Assembly (NCBI GenBank): GCA_965207805.1
Contig: OZ242312.1
Location: 1,068,748 to 1,132,747, forward strand
Origin: Gemmatimonadota bacterium
GTDB lineage: Bacteria > Gemmatimonadota > Gemmatimonadetes > Palauibacterales > Palauibacteraceae
DNA length: 64,000 nt
Direction of reading: 5' to 3'
In this document: positions 45,003 through 55,027 of the stretch, in pieces
Layout: the number at the start of each line of letters is the position of its first letter
How positions within the stretch are numbered: the first letter of the stretch is position 1
Position numbers and translations under genes: made by a program
Notes under the pieces: model-generated
The model's database searches: none
Seen by the model: the letters and a program-made list of their open reading frames with translations, nothing else
Told to the model about the DNA's origin: nothing

Positions 45003-45845
45003 GTGCGAGACGTGTATCCCGAACTCTTCACACTGACGCTGCCGGTTCTCGGCGAATTCACGATCACCAGCTTCGGCGTCATGATGGCGCTCGCCTTTCT
45101 GTGCGGGTACCTGGTGCTGCGCGCGGAAACGGCGCGTCTCGGCGCGGGGCGCGACCTGGCGGCGGACATGCTCATGGCGGCGCTGATCGGCGGCATCGTC
45201 GGGGCGAAGATCTATTATGTGCTCCTCTACTGGGACCGGACGGTGCTCGATCCGCTGGGGATGATCTTCTCGCGCAGCGGGCTCGTCTGGTACGGCGGGT
45301 TCATCGGCGGGTTCATCGGAGTCATGTGGGTGCTGTACCGGCGCCCCGTCACCCCCGGGCTCGGGGTGGACGCGATCGCCCCCGCGCTCCCGCTCGCCTA
45401 CGGGATCGGCCGCATCGGCTGTTTCCTCGTCGGCGACGACTACGGAGGCCCGACGGAGTCGTGGGTCGGCATCGCCTTCCCCAACGGCCTTCCGCCCACG
45501 ACGGCCGGTAATTTGAGGGGTTTCGGGGCGGAGGTGGACCCCGCGATCCCGGACACGGAGGTCCTCGCCGTCCACCCCACGCAGCTCTACGAGACGGGAC
45601 TCTCGTTCATCATCTTCTTCCTCCTGTGGCGGCTGCGGCGGCACCCGCACGTCCAGGGGTGGCTGTTCGGCTTGTGGCTCGCGATGGCCGGGGCCGAGCG
45701 CTTCATCATCGAGGTCTTCCGCGCCAAGGACGACCGCTTCTTCGGAGGCTTCACGCTCGCCCAGGTGATCTCGGTCCTGCTGGTCGCGGGGGGCATCGCG
45801 CTCGTCCTCAGGTTGCGCCGCCGGGCCGCAGAGGCGGCGGTGTGA
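45003..45845 (+). CDS. lgt: Prolipoprotein diacylglyceryl transferase
   Basis: Lgt signature region (...GRIGCFLVGDDYG...), multi-TM; SD aggag upstream of GTG. Confidence 0.88.
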   Translation: MRDVYPELFTLTLPVLGEFTITSFGVMMALAFLCGYLVLRAETARLGAGRDLAADMLMAALIGGIVGAKIYYVLLYWDRTVLDPLGMIFSRSGLVWYGGFIGGFIGVMWVLYRRPVTPGLGVDAIAPALPLAYGIGRIGCFLVGDDYGGPTESWVGIAFPNGLPPTTAGNLRGFGAEVDPAIPDTEVLAVHPTQLYETGLSFIIFFLLWRLRRHPHVQGWLFGLWLAMAGAERFIIEVFRAKDDRFFGGFTLAQVISVLLVAGGIALVLRLRRRAAEAAV

Positions 45846-48058
45846 AACGCGCGGCTCTGGCCGGGCTGGCGCTGGCCGTCAACCTCGCCGGGCCGCCTTC
45901 GTTCGCCGGGCCGTCTTCGCTTCTTGGGCCGGCTCCACTCAGCGGGCAGGCAGCCGGAGAGGCGGGACCGCGCCGCGCCGAAGTGACGTCCCTCCGCTTC
46001 CGCGGCAACGAGACGATCTCGGACGGTGAGTTGCGCACGGTGATCCGCACGCGCAGCACCGAGTGCACAAGCCTCCTGCTGTCGCCTTTCTGCCTGCTGA
46101 CGAACTGGGGGTTCGCGCACCGCCGGGCCTATCTCGACACGCTCGACGTCAGGATCGACGCCGACCGGCTCCGCCTGTACTACAACTTCCGCGGCCATTT
46201 CGAGGCGGAGGTCGAGCACGTCGTCCGCACGAACGGCGTCGACGCCAGCGTCTCGTTCATCATCGCGGAAGGTCCGGCGACCCTCATCGACGAGTTCTCC
46301 ATCGAGGGGCTGCCCGGGGCCCTCGGCGCGGAGGAGGCCGCGGCCCTCGTCGACATCGGCGTCGGCGACCCCTTCGATCGCAACCGGCTCCAGGCCGGCG
46401 TGGACAGTCTCATAGGGTCGCTGCGCCGGCAGGGCTACGTCTACGCCATGGCGCTGGAAGACTACCAGCGCAGCCGCGACGGGACCGCGCAGGTGGCGCT
46501 CGATGTCCGCCCCGGCGCCCGCTATCGCCTGGGGGAGATCCGGATCGAGGGCGGCGAAGCGATCGGCGAGGACGTGATCCGCGACCTCCTCCCCCTGCGC
46601 ACGGGAGACTACTACAACCAGGAGGCCGAGCAGGAGGGGCAGCGGAACCTCTTCGGCCTCGAGGCCGTCCGCTTCGCCTCGATCCTCCGGGAATCGCCCG
46701 GCCCCGAGGCCGCCACCGCCGATTCGACCCTGGATCTCGTCGTCCAGGTCACGCCCGCCTCGCCGCAGGCGGCCCGACTCGGCGTCGGATGGAGCACCGA
46801 CCAGTGTCTCCGGACCGAGACGCGGTTGACGCACCGCAACTTCTTCGGCGGGGCCCGGCGGCTGCAGATCACCGGCCAGCTCGGGAACATCTTCGCGGAC
46901 CAGCTCGACGGGTCCTTCCCGTGCTCCCAGGTGGGCACCGACCCCGACTTCCGGAAGCTGAACTACCTGCTCCAGGCGGAAGTGCTCCTCCCCGTCGCCT
47001 TTTCGGCCGAGAACACCTTCAGCGCCCGGGTCTTCCTCGAGCGGGAGACGATTCCCGACGTCTTCATCCAGGAGGGCTTCGGGGCCGAGATCGGCCTGAC
47101 GCGCCGACTCGGGCGCAGGGCCTCCGCCACCCTCTCGTACTCTCCGGGCTACACCGGTTTCGGCGAGCAGTCCGCGGACATCTTCTTCTGTGTCAACTTC
47201 GGTTTCTGCGAGCCCGAGGACATCGTCACCGTGACGAGATCGCGCTGGTTGGCGCCCCTCACCCTCGCCTGGCTCTACAACGAGACGGACGACGCGCTCC
47301 GTCCCACCCGCGGCCACTACCTGACGGCGGAGGGGGAGGTCGCCCACGAGACGACGGGATCGCACTACCGGTACGCGCGCATCGTGGCGGAAGCCGCGCT
47401 CTTCCGGGAACTCGAACCGGGTCTCGTGCTCGCGGCGCGTGCGCGCGTCGGGGCGGTCCGCTTCCCGGGCACCCGCATCTTCACTCCCGGCGCGCCCCGC
47501 ACCGACCGGCTCATCCATCCATCCCGACGCTTCTTCGTCGGCGGCTCGCAGAGCGTCCGCGGCGTCGGCCAGAACCTCCTCGGCCCCCGCGTGCTCGTGG
47601 CCGATCAGGTGGAGGACTGCCCGGCGGGAGATTTCGAGGCGTGCGTGCAACGGCTCGCGACGCAGAACCCCGGCGCCTTCGACGAGCGGCCCCGCGGCGG
47701 CGATGCCCAGCTGGAACTGAGTATCGAGCTGCGCCGGTACCTCAGCGAGCGCTGGAGCCTGGTCTTCTTCGGGGACGCGGGAAGCGTCTCGCAGCGCATC
47801 ACGGACCTTCGCGAGATCCAGTGGACGCCCGGCATGGGACTCCGGTACGCGAGCCCGATCGGTTCCATCCGGCTCGATATAGGGTACAATACGACATTCG
47901 CGACCGAGTTACCGGCAATTGTATCGATGGAGGACGGAACCTTGGTCCAGATGCCGCAGCCGGTGATGTTCGACCCCTTTCGGTTCGACGATCCGCACCC
48001 CCTGCTCGAACTCTGGCGCCGCGTGCAGATCCACGTGTCCATCGGAGAAGCGTTTTGA
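45842..48058 (+). CDS. Omp85-family outer-membrane protein (TamA/BamA-like: POTRA domains + 16-strand beta-barrel)
   Basis: GTG overlapping the lgt stop. POTRA repeats (...VTSLRFRGNETISDGELRTVI...), C-terminal Omp85 barrel ending ...GMGLRYASPIGSIRLDIGYN.... Paired with the downstream TamB-like gene, so TamA is favoured. Confidence 0.8.
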   Translation: MKRAALAGLALAVNLAGPPSFAGPSSLLGPAPLSGQAAGEAGPRRAEVTSLRFRGNETISDGELRTVIRTRSTECTSLLLSPFCLLTNWGFAHRRAYLDTLDVRIDADRLRLYYNFRGHFEAEVEHVVRTNGVDASVSFIIAEGPATLIDEFSIEGLPGALGAEEAAALVDIGVGDPFDRNRLQAGVDSLIGSLRRQGYVYAMALEDYQRSRDGTAQVALDVRPGARYRLGEIRIEGGEAIGEDVIRDLLPLRTGDYYNQEAEQEGQRNLFGLEAVRFASILRESPGPEAATADSTLDLVVQVTPASPQAARLGVGWSTDQCLRTETRLTHRNFFGGARRLQITGQLGNIFADQLDGSFPCSQVGTDPDFRKLNYLLQAEVLLPVAFSAENTFSARVFLERETIPDVFIQEGFGAEIGLTRRLGRRASATLSYSPGYTGFGEQSADIFFCVNFGFCEPEDIVTVTRSRWLAPLTLAWLYNETDDALRPTRGHYLTAEGEVAHETTGSHYRYARIVAEAALFRELEPGLVLAARARVGAVRFPGTRIFTPGAPRTDRLIHPSRRFFVGGSQSVRGVGQNLLGPRVLVADQVEDCPAGDFEACVQRLATQNPGAFDERPRGGDAQLELSIELRRYLSERWSLVFFGDAGSVSQRITDLREIQWTPGMGLRYASPIGSIRLDIGYNTTFATELPAIVSMEDGTLVQMPQPVMFDPFRFDDPHPLLELWRRVQIHVSIGEAF

Positions 48059-51000
48059 ACGCGTCCGGGTCGGACGGGTCCGCGCTCGAGTCCGGCGAGT
48101 CCGGCGGGACGGAGTCCGCGCCGCCGCGGCGCCGGCGCCGGATCGCCCTGCCGCTGGCCGTCGTCGCGAGCGTGCTCGTGTTCGCGGTCTTCATCGTGGT
48201 CACACAGACCGCCAGGGGCCGGGACGCCGCGCTTTCGCTGCTCGAGAGCGCCATTGCGCGCAGCGTGAACGGGGAGGTGCGCATCGGCCACGCCATCTCC
48301 GGCAATCTCCTCAACGACCTCACCGTCTCCCGCTTCGAGATCGTCGACGCGGACGGGGAACTGTTTCTGGCGCTCGACACCGTCACGATCGAACACGACC
48401 CGGTGGCCCTCCTGCGGCAGCGACTCGATGTGGGCCGACTCCACGCCCGCGGCCTGGACCTCCGTCTCCGGCAGTATCCGGACGGCCGCTGGAACTACGA
48501 CCGCGTCTTCGAACCGCCCCCGCAGCCGGAGCCGCCACCGCCGTCCGTGACGGCCTCGCTCCTCCAGGGACCGCAGGTGTCCGGAGCGCCGGACGCCGCG
48601 CTCGGCATCCTCCTGCATGACGCGACGGTCGCCTCCGGCCGCATCGAGATCCGTACGCCGTGGACAGAGACGATGACCGGAGCGGCAAGGGCGGAGGCGT
48701 TGCGCGAGGCGCGGGCGGGGGAGTCGCCGTGGGCCCTGCAGGAGACCGCGGACGGCGAATTCGAGCGCGTGGTCGAACTCACGAATCTCAGCGGCCGGTT
48801 CCCGGTCGCCCGGGTGACGGATCCCGAGGCCCCCTTCATGATCGAGGTCGAGGAGGCGACCGCCACGCTCCTCGCCGTGAACCAGCCGCTGGAACTCTCG
48901 AGCCTGCGGATGCATCTGACGATCGGGGACACCGCCCTCATCGACGTAGAGAGATTCGAGACGGATCAGTCGACGATCCGCGGGGAAGGGTGGATGGCCT
49001 CGAACGGCGTCGACTTCGAGTTCGCGCTCGAAGCCGACCCGCTCGACGTCCGGGACCTCCGCTGGCTGCCCATCGACCTGCCCGAGACCGGCGGCGGCCC
49101 CATGTCCATCGACCTCAGCGGCCGCGGCGGAAATACGGTCGTGGACGTCACGAACGGAGACTTCCGGACGGGCGACACCCGCATGACCGGAGGGTTCGCG
49201 CTCACCGTCGAGCGGCGTCCCAGGTTCCGCCGCATCGGCGTCACGCTGGATCCCTTCGAACTCGCGCACCTGGGCCTCCTCCTCGGACGCGACACCCTGC
49301 CCGGCCCGGCTGCCGCCGCGGCGCCGGAGACGATGCCGGGGGAGATACGCGGCACGCTGCGCGGCTCGGGCTATGTCGATGACCTGACGGTCGTCGCCGA
49401 TCTCACCCTGCACGACCCCGATCCGGACATCCCGCCGTCCAGCCTGCAGGCGCGCGGCGGCGTCGGCATCGGCGAGGAGTTCCTGAGCCTCCGTCGCCTC
49501 GGCGTGGACGTCGACGCCTTCGAGTCCCGCTGGACCCGTCTCATCGGCATGGACCTGGGGATCGACGGGCGCTTCCAGGGGACGCTCACCCTCGACCGCG
49601 AGCAGGACAGCGGCGTCGCGTTCGAGGGCGCCGTCGAGCATCTGACGCCGGCCGGCGATCGCTCGCGCTTCTCGGGTTCCGGGTTCCTGAACCTCGCCCG
49701 GTCGCAGGTCGATGCGGCGATCGACGCGAACCCGCTGGCGCTCGCGCTGCTGCGCCCGTGGGCCCCCGGAATCGAACTGGCCGGCGCGGTGACCGGTCCC
49801 ATTCGGGCGCGCGGGAGTCTCGAGGCGCTGGCCCTCGAGGCGGAACTCGAATCGGAACGCGGCCGACTCGTCCTGAACGGAGACTTCGACCTCGCCTCCG
49901 AGGAACTGCGCTACGACACGGAGATCGAGGGCACGGATCTTTCGCTGGACCAGTGGGTCGAAGGCGCTCCGGCGTCGCGGCTCGCCGTCCGGGGGCGCGT
50001 GCAGGGAGAGGGAATCGACCCCGCGACGCTCGAGGCGACGTTCGACCTCGAAGTCCTCGCCTCCCGGGTGGACCAGGCCGAGATCTTCGACAGCCGCGTG
50101 CGGCTGCGGGTGGCCGACGGCGTGGCGACGATCGACAGCGCGTTCCTCGCCTCCGACGTCGGGACGCTTTCGGTGCTGGGCGACTTCGGACTCGCGGAGG
50201 GCCGGAGCGGGCAGATCGCCTTCGAGGCCGAAGCCGCCGACCTCTCCGACTGGGACCGCTGGTTCGTGGATGAGATTCCGGGCGGCGCGGAGGCCGAGGC
50301 CGGCGAAGCGCTGTTCGAAAGCGTCGAGGAGTTGCTCGGCCGCGGCCAGCGGACGCGGCGGCCGACCGAGGGGCTGGACGGCCGGCTGGAGGCGCGGGGG
50401 ACCGCCACGGGCCGCTGGGGGGACTTCACGCTCGACGCCCGCATCGAGGCCTCGGACGCGCGTTTCCGGGGCTACCGCGCCGGAGACTTCTCGGCCCGCG
50501 TCGAACTGTTCGACCCGCCGCGCATCGGCGACCTGCGGTCCCGGTTCACCGCGACGAACGTCGAGTTGGATGGACGCCGGGTGGATTCGCTCACGGTGCT
50601 GCTGGCCCGCTCAGGTGCCGGCGAGCCCGGCGCCGACGCGCTGGACGCCGAATTCTACGCGCAGCGCGACTCCAGCCTCGAGGTCTCGGGTCGCGGCGTC
50701 GTGGTCGGCGGCGACGTCTGGAGCGCGGGCCTGACGGACCTCCGCCTCCGCCTCGGCAAACTCGAGTCCACGCTCGTGACGCCCGCCCGGCTCGTCTACT
50801 CCGACTCGGCGCTGCTCGTCGAGGGCCTCTACCTGAACGGTCAACTCGGCCGGCTCGAAGCCGACGGCCTCATCCCCGCCGCCGGCGAGGGATCGCTCGA
50901 CGTGGAGATCTTCGGCGTCCGCGTGGACCAGTTCGGCTACCTGCTCTCGGAGCAACCGATCCTCGGAGGCACCCTCGGGGGAGAAGTGAGAGCGACGGGC

Positions 51001-52722
51001 ACGCTGGCCGAACCCCTCGTCACGGCGGAATTCGAGGTCCTCGATCCGTCCCTCCAGCACCAGGCCTACGACGCGCTTAACGCGCGGGTCGGCTACGCCG
51101 GCCGCGAACTCGCGGGCGAGATCGACCTCTTCGACGGCGGCGCCCTCCTGGGGCGGCTCGGCGGCGCCGTGGCGACGGACCTCGCGATCCTCCCCGTGGA
51201 GCGCCGCCTCCTCGACGACCCGTTCGACCTCGACCTGACCGGCGACCGCCTCCCGCTGGCGCTCGTCGAACTCGTGCTGCCGACCTTCGAGGAGGTGACC
51301 GGCACCGCCGAGACCGACCTCTCGATTCGCGGCGCCCCCGGCGCCCTCCGCTACGATGGCGCCCTGCGCATCGTGGACGGGCGGGGCTGGGTGCCGGACC
51401 TCGGCGTCTGGCTCACCGATACCGGCGCCCGCGTCGCCTTCCGGGGCTCCTCGCTCGCTTTCGTCGATTCGGCCTACGTGGGGTCGGACCTCGGCGGTTC
51501 GCTGCGGACGCGCGGCACCGTGGACATCGCCCGGATCACCAACCCCGTCTTCGCCCTCGATTTCGAGGCGAACGAGTTCCACGGCATCGTGCGCAACGAC
51601 ATGGCGTTCGCCGTGAGCGGCCAGGCGCGGCTCGACAGCGCCTACGCGAGACCCTGGGTGAGCGGCGACGTCGTCCTCTCCGACGGATACCTGGAGCAGG
51701 ACGAGTTCCTCCGCGGACTCGAGGTCTTTAATCCCGGCGACATGGAAGCCTTCGACTTTCTCGGCGCCTCCGCGGAAGGCGTGCTGGCGCAGTTCCGGAA
51801 CCCGTTCCTCGACAACCTCGTCCTCAACGCGAACGTCGATCTCGGCTCCGGCCTCTCGCTGCGGTCGGCGCGGCTCGATGCGGAGGTCGTGGGGGAGGGG
51901 ATTTCCGTCCACATGGACCGCCGCTTCGACGTGCTCGACATCAGCGGAAGCGCGGAGATGCCGCGGGGCACATACCTCTTCGACCAGGTGCCGCCCTATG
52001 TCCGGCCCCTCCGAATCACCGCGGGAAGCATGCAGTTCGCGGGGGGCAACGGCTTTAATCCGATCATCGACATCACCGCCGAATACCGGGACCGCACCGT
52101 CGACGGCCCCGTGTTCGTCGAGGCCCGGATCACCGGCACCGCCATCGAGCCGCAGGTCCTCCTGACGAGCAACCCGCCCATGAGCGACACCGACCAGTAC
52201 TGCCTGCTCGCCGTCGGCACGCCATGCTACCGCTCCGCCGACCCGCAACTGGGCCAGAGGATCGGGCAGCAGCTCCTCTTCGGTCCGCTGAGTTCCGGGC
52301 TCACGTCCGCTCTCGGAGCGACCGGCATCTCCTACCTCAACCTGACGTCGATCGCGGCCGGGCGCGGGGCCGGAGGCATCGCGGCGAACCGGAGCCTGTT
52401 CGAGCGCACGGCGCTGGAAGTCGGGTGGTATGCGAACAGCGCGCTCTTCCTCTCCTCCTGGCTGCCGCTGGGCGGCGGACCTCCGCGGGCGGCGCTGGAG
52501 TGGGCGTTCCTCCCCGGCTGGTCCGTCGAAGCCGGCACCGCGAGCCGGTTCGACGAGCGGCTGTTCGGTCTCAGCGTGGGCACGAACGTCGCCAACGACC
52601 GCACCTACAGCCTCTTCCTCTTCCGCGAGTGGGAGTTCGGCGAGGGCAGCGGCAGCGGCGGCGATTCCGAAGAGGACTCCGGCTCCGGCTCCGGCAACGG
52701 CTCCGGCAGCGGTTCCCGGTAA
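48055..52722 (+). CDS. TamB-like translocation and assembly module protein (AsmA-like N-terminus, DUF490 C-terminus), 1555 aa
   Basis: TTG overlapping the upstream stop (TTGA). N-terminal TM anchor (IALPLAVVASVLVFAVFIVV), very long beta-rich body, DUF490-like C-terminus, terminal Gly/Ser-rich tail (GSGSGGDSEEDSGSGSGNGSGSGSR). Confidence 0.75.
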   Translation: MNASGSDGSALESGESGGTESAPPRRRRRIALPLAVVASVLVFAVFIVVTQTARGRDAALSLLESAIARSVNGEVRIGHAISGNLLNDLTVSRFEIVDADGELFLALDTVTIEHDPVALLRQRLDVGRLHARGLDLRLRQYPDGRWNYDRVFEPPPQPEPPPPSVTASLLQGPQVSGAPDAALGILLHDATVASGRIEIRTPWTETMTGAARAEALREARAGESPWALQETADGEFERVVELTNLSGRFPVARVTDPEAPFMIEVEEATATLLAVNQPLELSSLRMHLTIGDTALIDVERFETDQSTIRGEGWMASNGVDFEFALEADPLDVRDLRWLPIDLPETGGGPMSIDLSGRGGNTVVDVTNGDFRTGDTRMTGGFALTVERRPRFRRIGVTLDPFELAHLGLLLGRDTLPGPAAAAAPETMPGEIRGTLRGSGYVDDLTVVADLTLHDPDPDIPPSSLQARGGVGIGEEFLSLRRLGVDVDAFESRWTRLIGMDLGIDGRFQGTLTLDREQDSGVAFEGAVEHLTPAGDRSRFSGSGFLNLARSQVDAAIDANPLALALLRPWAPGIELAGAVTGPIRARGSLEALALEAELESERGRLVLNGDFDLASEELRYDTEIEGTDLSLDQWVEGAPASRLAVRGRVQGEGIDPATLEATFDLEVLASRVDQAEIFDSRVRLRVADGVATIDSAFLASDVGTLSVLGDFGLAEGRSGQIAFEAEAADLSDWDRWFVDEIPGGAEAEAGEALFESVEELLGRGQRTRRPTEGLDGRLEARGTATGRWGDFTLDARIEASDARFRGYRAGDFSARVELFDPPRIGDLRSRFTATNVELDGRRVDSLTVLLARSGAGEPGADALDAEFYAQRDSSLEVSGRGVVVGGDVWSAGLTDLRLRLGKLESTLVTPARLVYSDSALLVEGLYLNGQLGRLEADGLIPAAGEGSLDVEIFGVRVDQFGYLLSEQPILGGTLGGEVRATGTLAEPLVTAEFEVLDPSLQHQAYDALNARVGYAGRELAGEIDLFDGGALLGRLGGAVATDLAILPVERRLLDDPFDLDLTGDRLPLALVELVLPTFEEVTGTAETDLSIRGAPGALRYDGALRIVDGRGWVPDLGVWLTDTGARVAFRGSSLAFVDSAYVGSDLGGSLRTRGTVDIARITNPVFALDFEANEFHGIVRNDMAFAVSGQARLDSAYARPWVSGDVVLSDGYLEQDEFLRGLEVFNPGDMEAFDFLGASAEGVLAQFRNPFLDNLVLNANVDLGSGLSLRSARLDAEVVGEGISVHMDRRFDVLDISGSAEMPRGTYLFDQVPPYVRPLRITAGSMQFAGGNGFNPIIDITAEYRDRTVDGPVFVEARITGTAIEPQVLLTSNPPMSDTDQYCLLAVGTPCYRSADPQLGQRIGQQLLFGPLSSGLTSALGATGISYLNLTSIAAGRGAGGIAANRSLFERTALEVGWYANSALFLSSWLPLGGGPPRAALEWAFLPGWSVEAGTASRFDERLFGLSVGTNVANDRTYSLFLFREWEFGEGSGSGGDSEEDSGSGSGNGSGSGSR

Positions 52723-52741
52723 CGGCGCCTAGTTTCCCTCC

Positions 52742-53668
52742 ATGTCCGGTGCGCACCTCTATCCCGATTCGGAGCGGTTCCTCGTGCTCCTCAACCCCGG
52801 CGCGGGCGGCGGAACCGCCGAGCCCGAGACGCTGCGCCGTCGGCTGGGAGGCGCCTTCGCCGCGAGGGGTGTCCCCTTCGACATCGTCGAGGCCGCGAAT
52901 TCCGAGGAAGGCCTGGACGTCACCCGCACGGCCGCGGAACGGGGATACCGGGCCATCGTCGCCGCGGGGGGCGACGGCACCGTGAGCGTGGCCCTGCGCG
53001 GCGTCGCCGGCACGTCCGTGCCCGTCGCGATCGTCCCCTTCGGCACCGCCAACCAGCTCGCCCTCAACTTCGACATCCCCACGTCGCTGGAGGACAGCGT
53101 GCGGGTCGCCGTCGAGGGGAAGGTGACCAGTATCGACCTCGCGGAGGCGAACGGAGAGACGTTCGCGCTCATGGCCGGCGCGGGCCTCGACGCGCAGGTG
53201 ATGGCCGACGCCACCGCCGAACTCAAGAGCCGCCTCGGCTTCGGGGCCTACATCTACAGCGGACTCAAGAACGTCATCAACCGCCCCGGCGCCGACTTCC
53301 GGATCACCGCCGACGACCAGGAAGTGAAGGTGAAGGCGTCGATGGTGCTCGTCGCGAACGCGGGCCAACTCGGGGCCGGTCCGCTTCCCGTGGAGTTCCG
53401 GATGGCGCCCGGGGCCTCGTTCCAGGACGGCCTCATCGACGTGTGCATCTACGCCCCCAGCAACCTCCCGGAGGTCGCCCGCATCATCTGGCGCGTCACG
53501 CGAAACCGGTTCTCGGGGGACGACAAGATCATCTACTTCCAGGCCCGCAGCGTCCGGATCGAGGCCGACCCGCCGGTCGCCATAGAAATCGACGGCGACC
53601 CGCGCGGCGAGACGCCGATGGAGGCGAAGGTCTCGCCGATGGCCGCCCGGATCATCGTCCCCCGGTAG
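52742..53668 (+). CDS. Diacylglycerol-kinase-family lipid kinase (YegS/BmrU-like)
   Basis: LVLLNPGAGGG..., ...IVAAGGDGTV (GGDG motif), ...PFGTANQLA.... Confidence 0.85.
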   Translation: MSGAHLYPDSERFLVLLNPGAGGGTAEPETLRRRLGGAFAARGVPFDIVEAANSEEGLDVTRTAAERGYRAIVAAGGDGTVSVALRGVAGTSVPVAIVPFGTANQLALNFDIPTSLEDSVRVAVEGKVTSIDLAEANGETFALMAGAGLDAQVMADATAELKSRLGFGAYIYSGLKNVINRPGADFRITADDQEVKVKASMVLVANAGQLGAGPLPVEFRMAPGASFQDGLIDVCIYAPSNLPEVARIIWRVTRNRFSGDDKIIYFQARSVRIEADPPVAIEIDGDPRGETPMEAKVSPMAARIIVPR

Positions 53669-53674
53669 CCGCCG

Positions 53675-53692
53675 CGTTCCCGCGGGAACGTC
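53675..53692. terminator. Palindrome GCGTTCCCGCGGGAACGT, 7 nt after the DAG-kinase stop in a convergent intergenic region; putative bidirectional terminator and copy 3 of the dispersed palindromic motif
   Basis: Read directly from the sequence; shares a 22-nt exact stretch with a site inside thiS and a 20-nt stretch with a site inside the CRTAC1-like gene. Confidence 0.5.
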
Positions 53693-53722
53693 CGTCGCTC
53701 CGGCCGCCCGCCGTGCCGCGGG

Positions 53723-55027
53723 TCAGCGGGCGTAGAGCAGGTAGGGGCGGCGGAGCGCCTCGAAGGCGGCGACATCAGCCGCCCATTCCGACGTGATTTC
53801 GTCGAGCGGGGCGCCGCGGTCGATGGCGAGCCGGAGCCGGTCCGAGCCCGCGAGACGGTCGAAGTGCCGCACCCTCCACTCCCACGCGTCGCCGGAGAGC
53901 CGGCGCGCGGCGAGCAGCGCCGCCACCGCGGTCCGCACCGGATCGTAGGCCGACCGGTCCGTGACCGTGAGGCGGATCCCCGAGATCTCCTCCCCCCCGA
54001 ACCTTCCGTCGCTCGGCGACTCCGGCGTGAAGGTGATCGCCCGGATCTCGACCCCCGGCAGCGATGGGGCCACGGCCCCGATCTCGGCCACCCAGGCCTC
54101 GCCGTCCAGCCACGGCGCGCCGAGCACCTGGAACGCGGTCGGCGTCCCGCGGCCGACGGAGAGGTTCGTCCCCTCGAACAGACAGGTGCCGGGATAGTGC
54201 GTGGCGCTCTCCAGCGAAGGCATGTTGAGCGACGGCGCGATCCAGGGAAGGCTCGTCTCATCGAACCAGCGGTCCGCGGACCAGCCCGCCGCCGGGACCA
54301 CGTGCAACTCCACCTCCACGCCGAACGCCCCCCGATACAGGCGCGCGAGTTCTCCCGCCGTGAGTCCGTGCCGCGTCGGCACCGGGTACAGGCCAACGAA
54401 GGTCGCGTAGGCGGGGTCCAGCACCGGGCCCTGCGTGAGGCCGCCGATGGGATTCGGGCGATCGAGAACAATCATGGGGATGCCCGCGCCCCCGGCCGCC
54501 TCCATCGCGAGCGCCATCGTCGACACGTAGGTGTAGTAGCGCGAGCCGATGTCCTGGATATCGAACGCGAGCACGTCGATCGAAGCGAGCATTTCCGGCG
54601 TGGGCGACCGCGTCTCGCCGTACAGCGAGTAGATCGGCAGCCCCGTCCCTTCGTCCGTCGCGTCGTCGATCGCGGAGCCCTCCGCCTCCGTGCCCCGGAT
54701 CCCGTGCTCGGGCGCGAAGAGCGCCGCGAGTTCCGCGCCCGCGTAGCCGTGCAGGAGGTCGATGGAACTCGTGCCGTCGCGCCCCACGCCGCTCCGGTTC
54801 GTGATCAGCCCCACCCGCCGCCCGTCGATGAGATGCGAGGAGTCGGCGAGCAGCACATCGATCCCGGGCCGCACCGCCGATACCGGCGCGTCCGCCGCAG
54901 CGGGTCCCCCCTCCGCCTCGCCGCCCGCCGCTCTCGCCCCCGCCGCGTCGGCTCCCGCTTCCGGCCCCCCGCACGCGGCGACAGTAAGAAGGAAAAGAAG
55001 AGAGAGGAAACCGGCGAGCGGATTCAT
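53723..55027 (-). CDS. DUF1343-family exo-beta-N-acetylmuramidase (NamZ/YbbC-like), lipoprotein
   Basis: Start at the internal Met (MNPLAGFLSLLFLLTVAACGG, lipobox). DUF1343 family by length and architecture; the homolog of B. subtilis YbbC/NamZ. Confidence 0.7.
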   Translation of the reverse strand: MNPLAGFLSLLFLLTVAACGGPEAGADAAGARAAGGEAEGGPAAADAPVSAVRPGIDVLLADSSHLIDGRRVGLITNRSGVGRDGTSSIDLLHGYAGAELAALFAPEHGIRGTEAEGSAIDDATDEGTGLPIYSLYGETRSPTPEMLASIDVLAFDIQDIGSRYYTYVSTMALAMEAAGGAGIPMIVLDRPNPIGGLTQGPVLDPAYATFVGLYPVPTRHGLTAGELARLYRGAFGVEVELHVVPAAGWSADRWFDETSLPWIAPSLNMPSLESATHYPGTCLFEGTNLSVGRGTPTAFQVLGAPWLDGEAWVAEIGAVAPSLPGVEIRAITFTPESPSDGRFGGEEISGIRLTVTDRSAYDPVRTAVAALLAARRLSGDAWEWRVRHFDRLAGSDRLRLAIDRGAPLDEITSEWAADVAAFEALRRPYLLYAR

